In this document: piece after piece, positions 61,732 to 64,000 of the stretch
Layout: each line of letters opens with the position of its first letter
How positions within the stretch are numbered: position 1 is the first letter of the stretch
Origin: Amoebophrya sp. A120
Taxonomy: Eukaryota > Protista > Dinoflagellata
Reading direction: 5' to 3'
Assembly (NCBI GenBank): GCA_905178155.1
Contig: CAJINV010000007.1
Location: 154,663 to 218,662, forward strand
DNA: 64,000 bases
Made by a program: the position numbers and the translations under genes
Notes under the pieces: generated by a model
Seen by the model: the letters and a program-made list of their open reading frames with translations, nothing else
Database searches by the model: none
Told to the model about the DNA's origin: nothing

Positions 61732-62548
61732 ATTGTGCAGTTTTCAACACATTTAGTAGGTAGCTGTGTTGTGCAACTAGGGACGCTTCCACGCAGCTCG
61801 GATGCGGGATAGTATTTACGCAAACGGAAACACACGAAAAGACGTTTTACGATACCACACTCTCAAACACTTCAAGGACGGAAGAAGTTGGTATTGGTAG
61901 AAAGAAAGCACCAGGAGCGATAGGCCGTCTAATAATATCCACCTCTTCCTACAAGAAGCCTGCTCCTCTTGCAAAGTATGCAAAAATTTTCCAGATTTGC
62001 GAATGTTCTTCTCTCACCTGACAAAAAAAAGCGCCCGCTCGGAGAGAAGTTGGCAACAGCAACTGCACTTCCAATTGAACTGGAAACGCATCAACATACT
62101 CATGAAGACCACACTGGCAAAACGTGAAAAGACTTATGATGTCGGAACATCTTCACACCTGCCGCACCTCGGCGTGTCGTCGTTCCCGTAGAACATTCTT
62201 TCTCTTTGGTGTAGTGAATGTGAAGACAGCAAGACTCTGCGTGTATAAATTTGTTTCGGCTCCGTCTTTGTCTTGCCACAGAGACAGAACTTTCACTTTG
62301 ATCGTTGATGTAGCATGAAGAACCAGAGTACAGATTGTGTCTGGAAGACGGCCGGATATGAAAAGTACCATCGAAGGTGATAGACAGGTTGACAGAATGT
62401 TGATTGAATTTGAAGCTGCACACCTCCCATTTCTTGCTAGTTTATCACTCGAGTCTGAGAACAAACAACACAGTAACCATCCATGCAACTTCTCGTCCCG
62501 ATACACTTGCTTCCCGCCTACCGTATGTCAAACTCCTTAGCCACGACC

Positions 62549-64000
62549 TTATAGTCGCACTGGACTAGCAGTGTAAGTAGATCGCCCACCTGCCGCTTGA
62601 CTACGTGCTGCCGGAGAAGTGCTAGCAAAAGTCGCACTTCTACTTGTCCCCGTCAAGCTCTCCCGCTCGGAACTGGTCCCCTATGCCTTGCAAATATGCC
62701 TGGGTGGTCTGGAAACTTGTATTAATGCAAGTCAGTGAATACTAAGCACTCTGTAATGCACCGCCAAGCATGACAGGTTTTTTCGTCGCGTTGTGTTGCG
62801 CATTCCGCATGTATGACAGGCAGAGGGCACTGTTCGTGGCCACGCAACACAAAGTCCAGATTCCTGCCAGGCAAGCATGACAGATCTCGCAGTCTTCCAG
62901 ACCCAGACATCTTTGCATTTGATATCCCCGCGCCAGTCGCAAAATTGCTCTCGGAGTTCACTGTCCGAATTGTGCTCGCGCGATCTGAAGCAACACGCTC
63001 GACCTGTTGACCTCGGTCGTGCTGTGTTGACCGCGAAGGGTTCGGCGGTGCATCTTGTGTTCGATCTTCGTGTTGCGGCTGCACTGGGTTGTTGCTGCTA
63101 TTCGAAGATCGACTACGGGGGTTGGAGGATCTGGATCGGGTGTCCGGATTAGAGAAGCTGCAGCTCCGCGTATTTGTATTGTTCGACGCCGTCGGGATTC
63201 CGGTCGTGGCGGTCGCGCCGGTGGAAGAAGTTGGAGTGCGCCCGGAACTTCTTGAGCTAGTCCGGGGCTTCTCGCGGTGGTGGTGGTTTAGATGATAGGC
63301 CTTGGTCGCGCCCTCGCTAGAACCACACATCTCCTCGTCTTCCAGCAGTAGCACTGTTCTCGATAACTCCTCCTGGTCTTCCAAAAACAAACTCTCCTCA
63401 ACCAGCACTGAGCTCGGCTCCGGTGGGAGATCGGAGAGAATATCCGAGGCGGTTTATCCTGTATAAAAACGTCGTCCCCACCCGAGAGTTGTAATGCAAA
63501 TCTGCATGCTATAAAATGTTTCCATCGCGGAGACCCATGAGAAGCATTTTCTAGTTGTGTTTTGGGATTTCGACTTGTGATGCTCGGATCAGCATGATAT
63601 GTTCGATCTGTAATGCGGCTGCACTAGCTCAAGACTACTACACTGCGAGCCACAATTTGACGTCATGCCCAAAAGCAAAGCCTGTTGATTTGTGCACCAG
63701 CAGAGTTTGCATCTTCACTAACGGGCGGGGACGTTTTTCCTCAGGATACGGCTCCCGTCGCTTCCGTGACTGATTCGTCGTTACAATCCGCACCGCGCCG
63801 CCTCCGCACGGCCTGTAGCAGCTGCGGGTGCACAAGCCGCCGCAACTTTTTCCACACAGGATTCCGGACAAGGTTGCGCCGGCGCTGGACGTCCCTGCGC
63901 GCGTCCTCCGCATCTTCCAAGGCTGGCCGCGGTGGACAAAGCCTCTGCGCTATGAGAGTGCACAACCCCCCCTCCCCCTCATTTGTGTTGCATGAACAGC
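62549..64000 (-). CDS. 3' part of a hypothetical S/T/R-rich protein; 5' end beyond the window
   Basis: Joins TEATGA|ASDILSD..VLVEE and GAG|TSSERES..PVRL* after removing 63455-63748 and 62682-62924. Confidence 0.7.
62682..62924. mobile_element. Introner, family A
   Basis: DR TCCCC/TCCCC. Confidence 0.9.
63455..63748. mobile_element. Introner, family H
   Basis: DR CGGTT/CGGCT. Confidence 0.88.
63951..64000. mobile_element. Introner, family D, cut by the window edge
   Basis: Begins TATGAGAGTGCACAACCCCCC like other D copies. Confidence 0.8.

Noticed and set aside
32996-62548. Dinoflagellate spliced-leader relics, tRNA or rRNA genes in intergenic DNA
   Set aside because: No CCGTAGCCATTTTGGCTCAAG-like sequence or recognisable structural RNA seen by eye; a covariance-model search would be needed to exclude them.
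595-63010. Many short ORFs sharing MSGSG, FQTQT, PDPDIF, KYRTR or VWVWK peptides
   Set aside because: These are translations of introner TIRs in different frames, not a protein family.
500-64000. Ciliate germline IES interpretation (TA-bounded inserts)
   Set aside because: The retained repeat is a variable 5-mer outside the TAT/ATA rather than the TA itself, the DNA is not AT-rich and genes are co-oriented. DNA-level excision is kept only as a testable alternative.

Overview
Eukaryotic genomic DNA, not prokaryotic. Every credible gene is on the minus strand, and the coding sequences are riddled with non-canonical, transposon-like introns. By inference (no search run) it best fits a dinoflagellate-lineage genome such as the syndinean parasite Amoebophrya, where inverted-repeat introner elements are known. 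About 63 insertions from at least 8 sequence families lie inside coding sequence and none were seen outside it. Almost all begin TAT and end ATA, carry terminal inverted repeats (TIRs) and are flanked by a 5-bp direct repeat (DR). Removing the element plus one DR copy restores the frame at the junctions I translated, and the summed lengths keep the giant gene in frame. The unrelated families share an end pattern (TAT-N7-AAAA) and a densely repeated internal motif (TGTVATGC/GCATBACA). Genes: a ~2,975-aa coiled-coil protein with 43 introns (341-32995), two small proteins with similar CGLC N-termini, a dynamin/Mx-like GTPase with one in-frame TAG, two signal-peptide proteins, one hypothetical ORF, a sphingosine/diacylglycerol kinase-family gene, and a partial gene at the right edge. 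Nested inside the introners are a 10.7-kb 5'-truncated APE-RT non-LTR retrotransposon, two Helitron-like elements (a third is free-standing) and a 133-bp tandem array. Two further arrays (321 bp and 201 bp) are intergenic. All coordinates were counted by hand.
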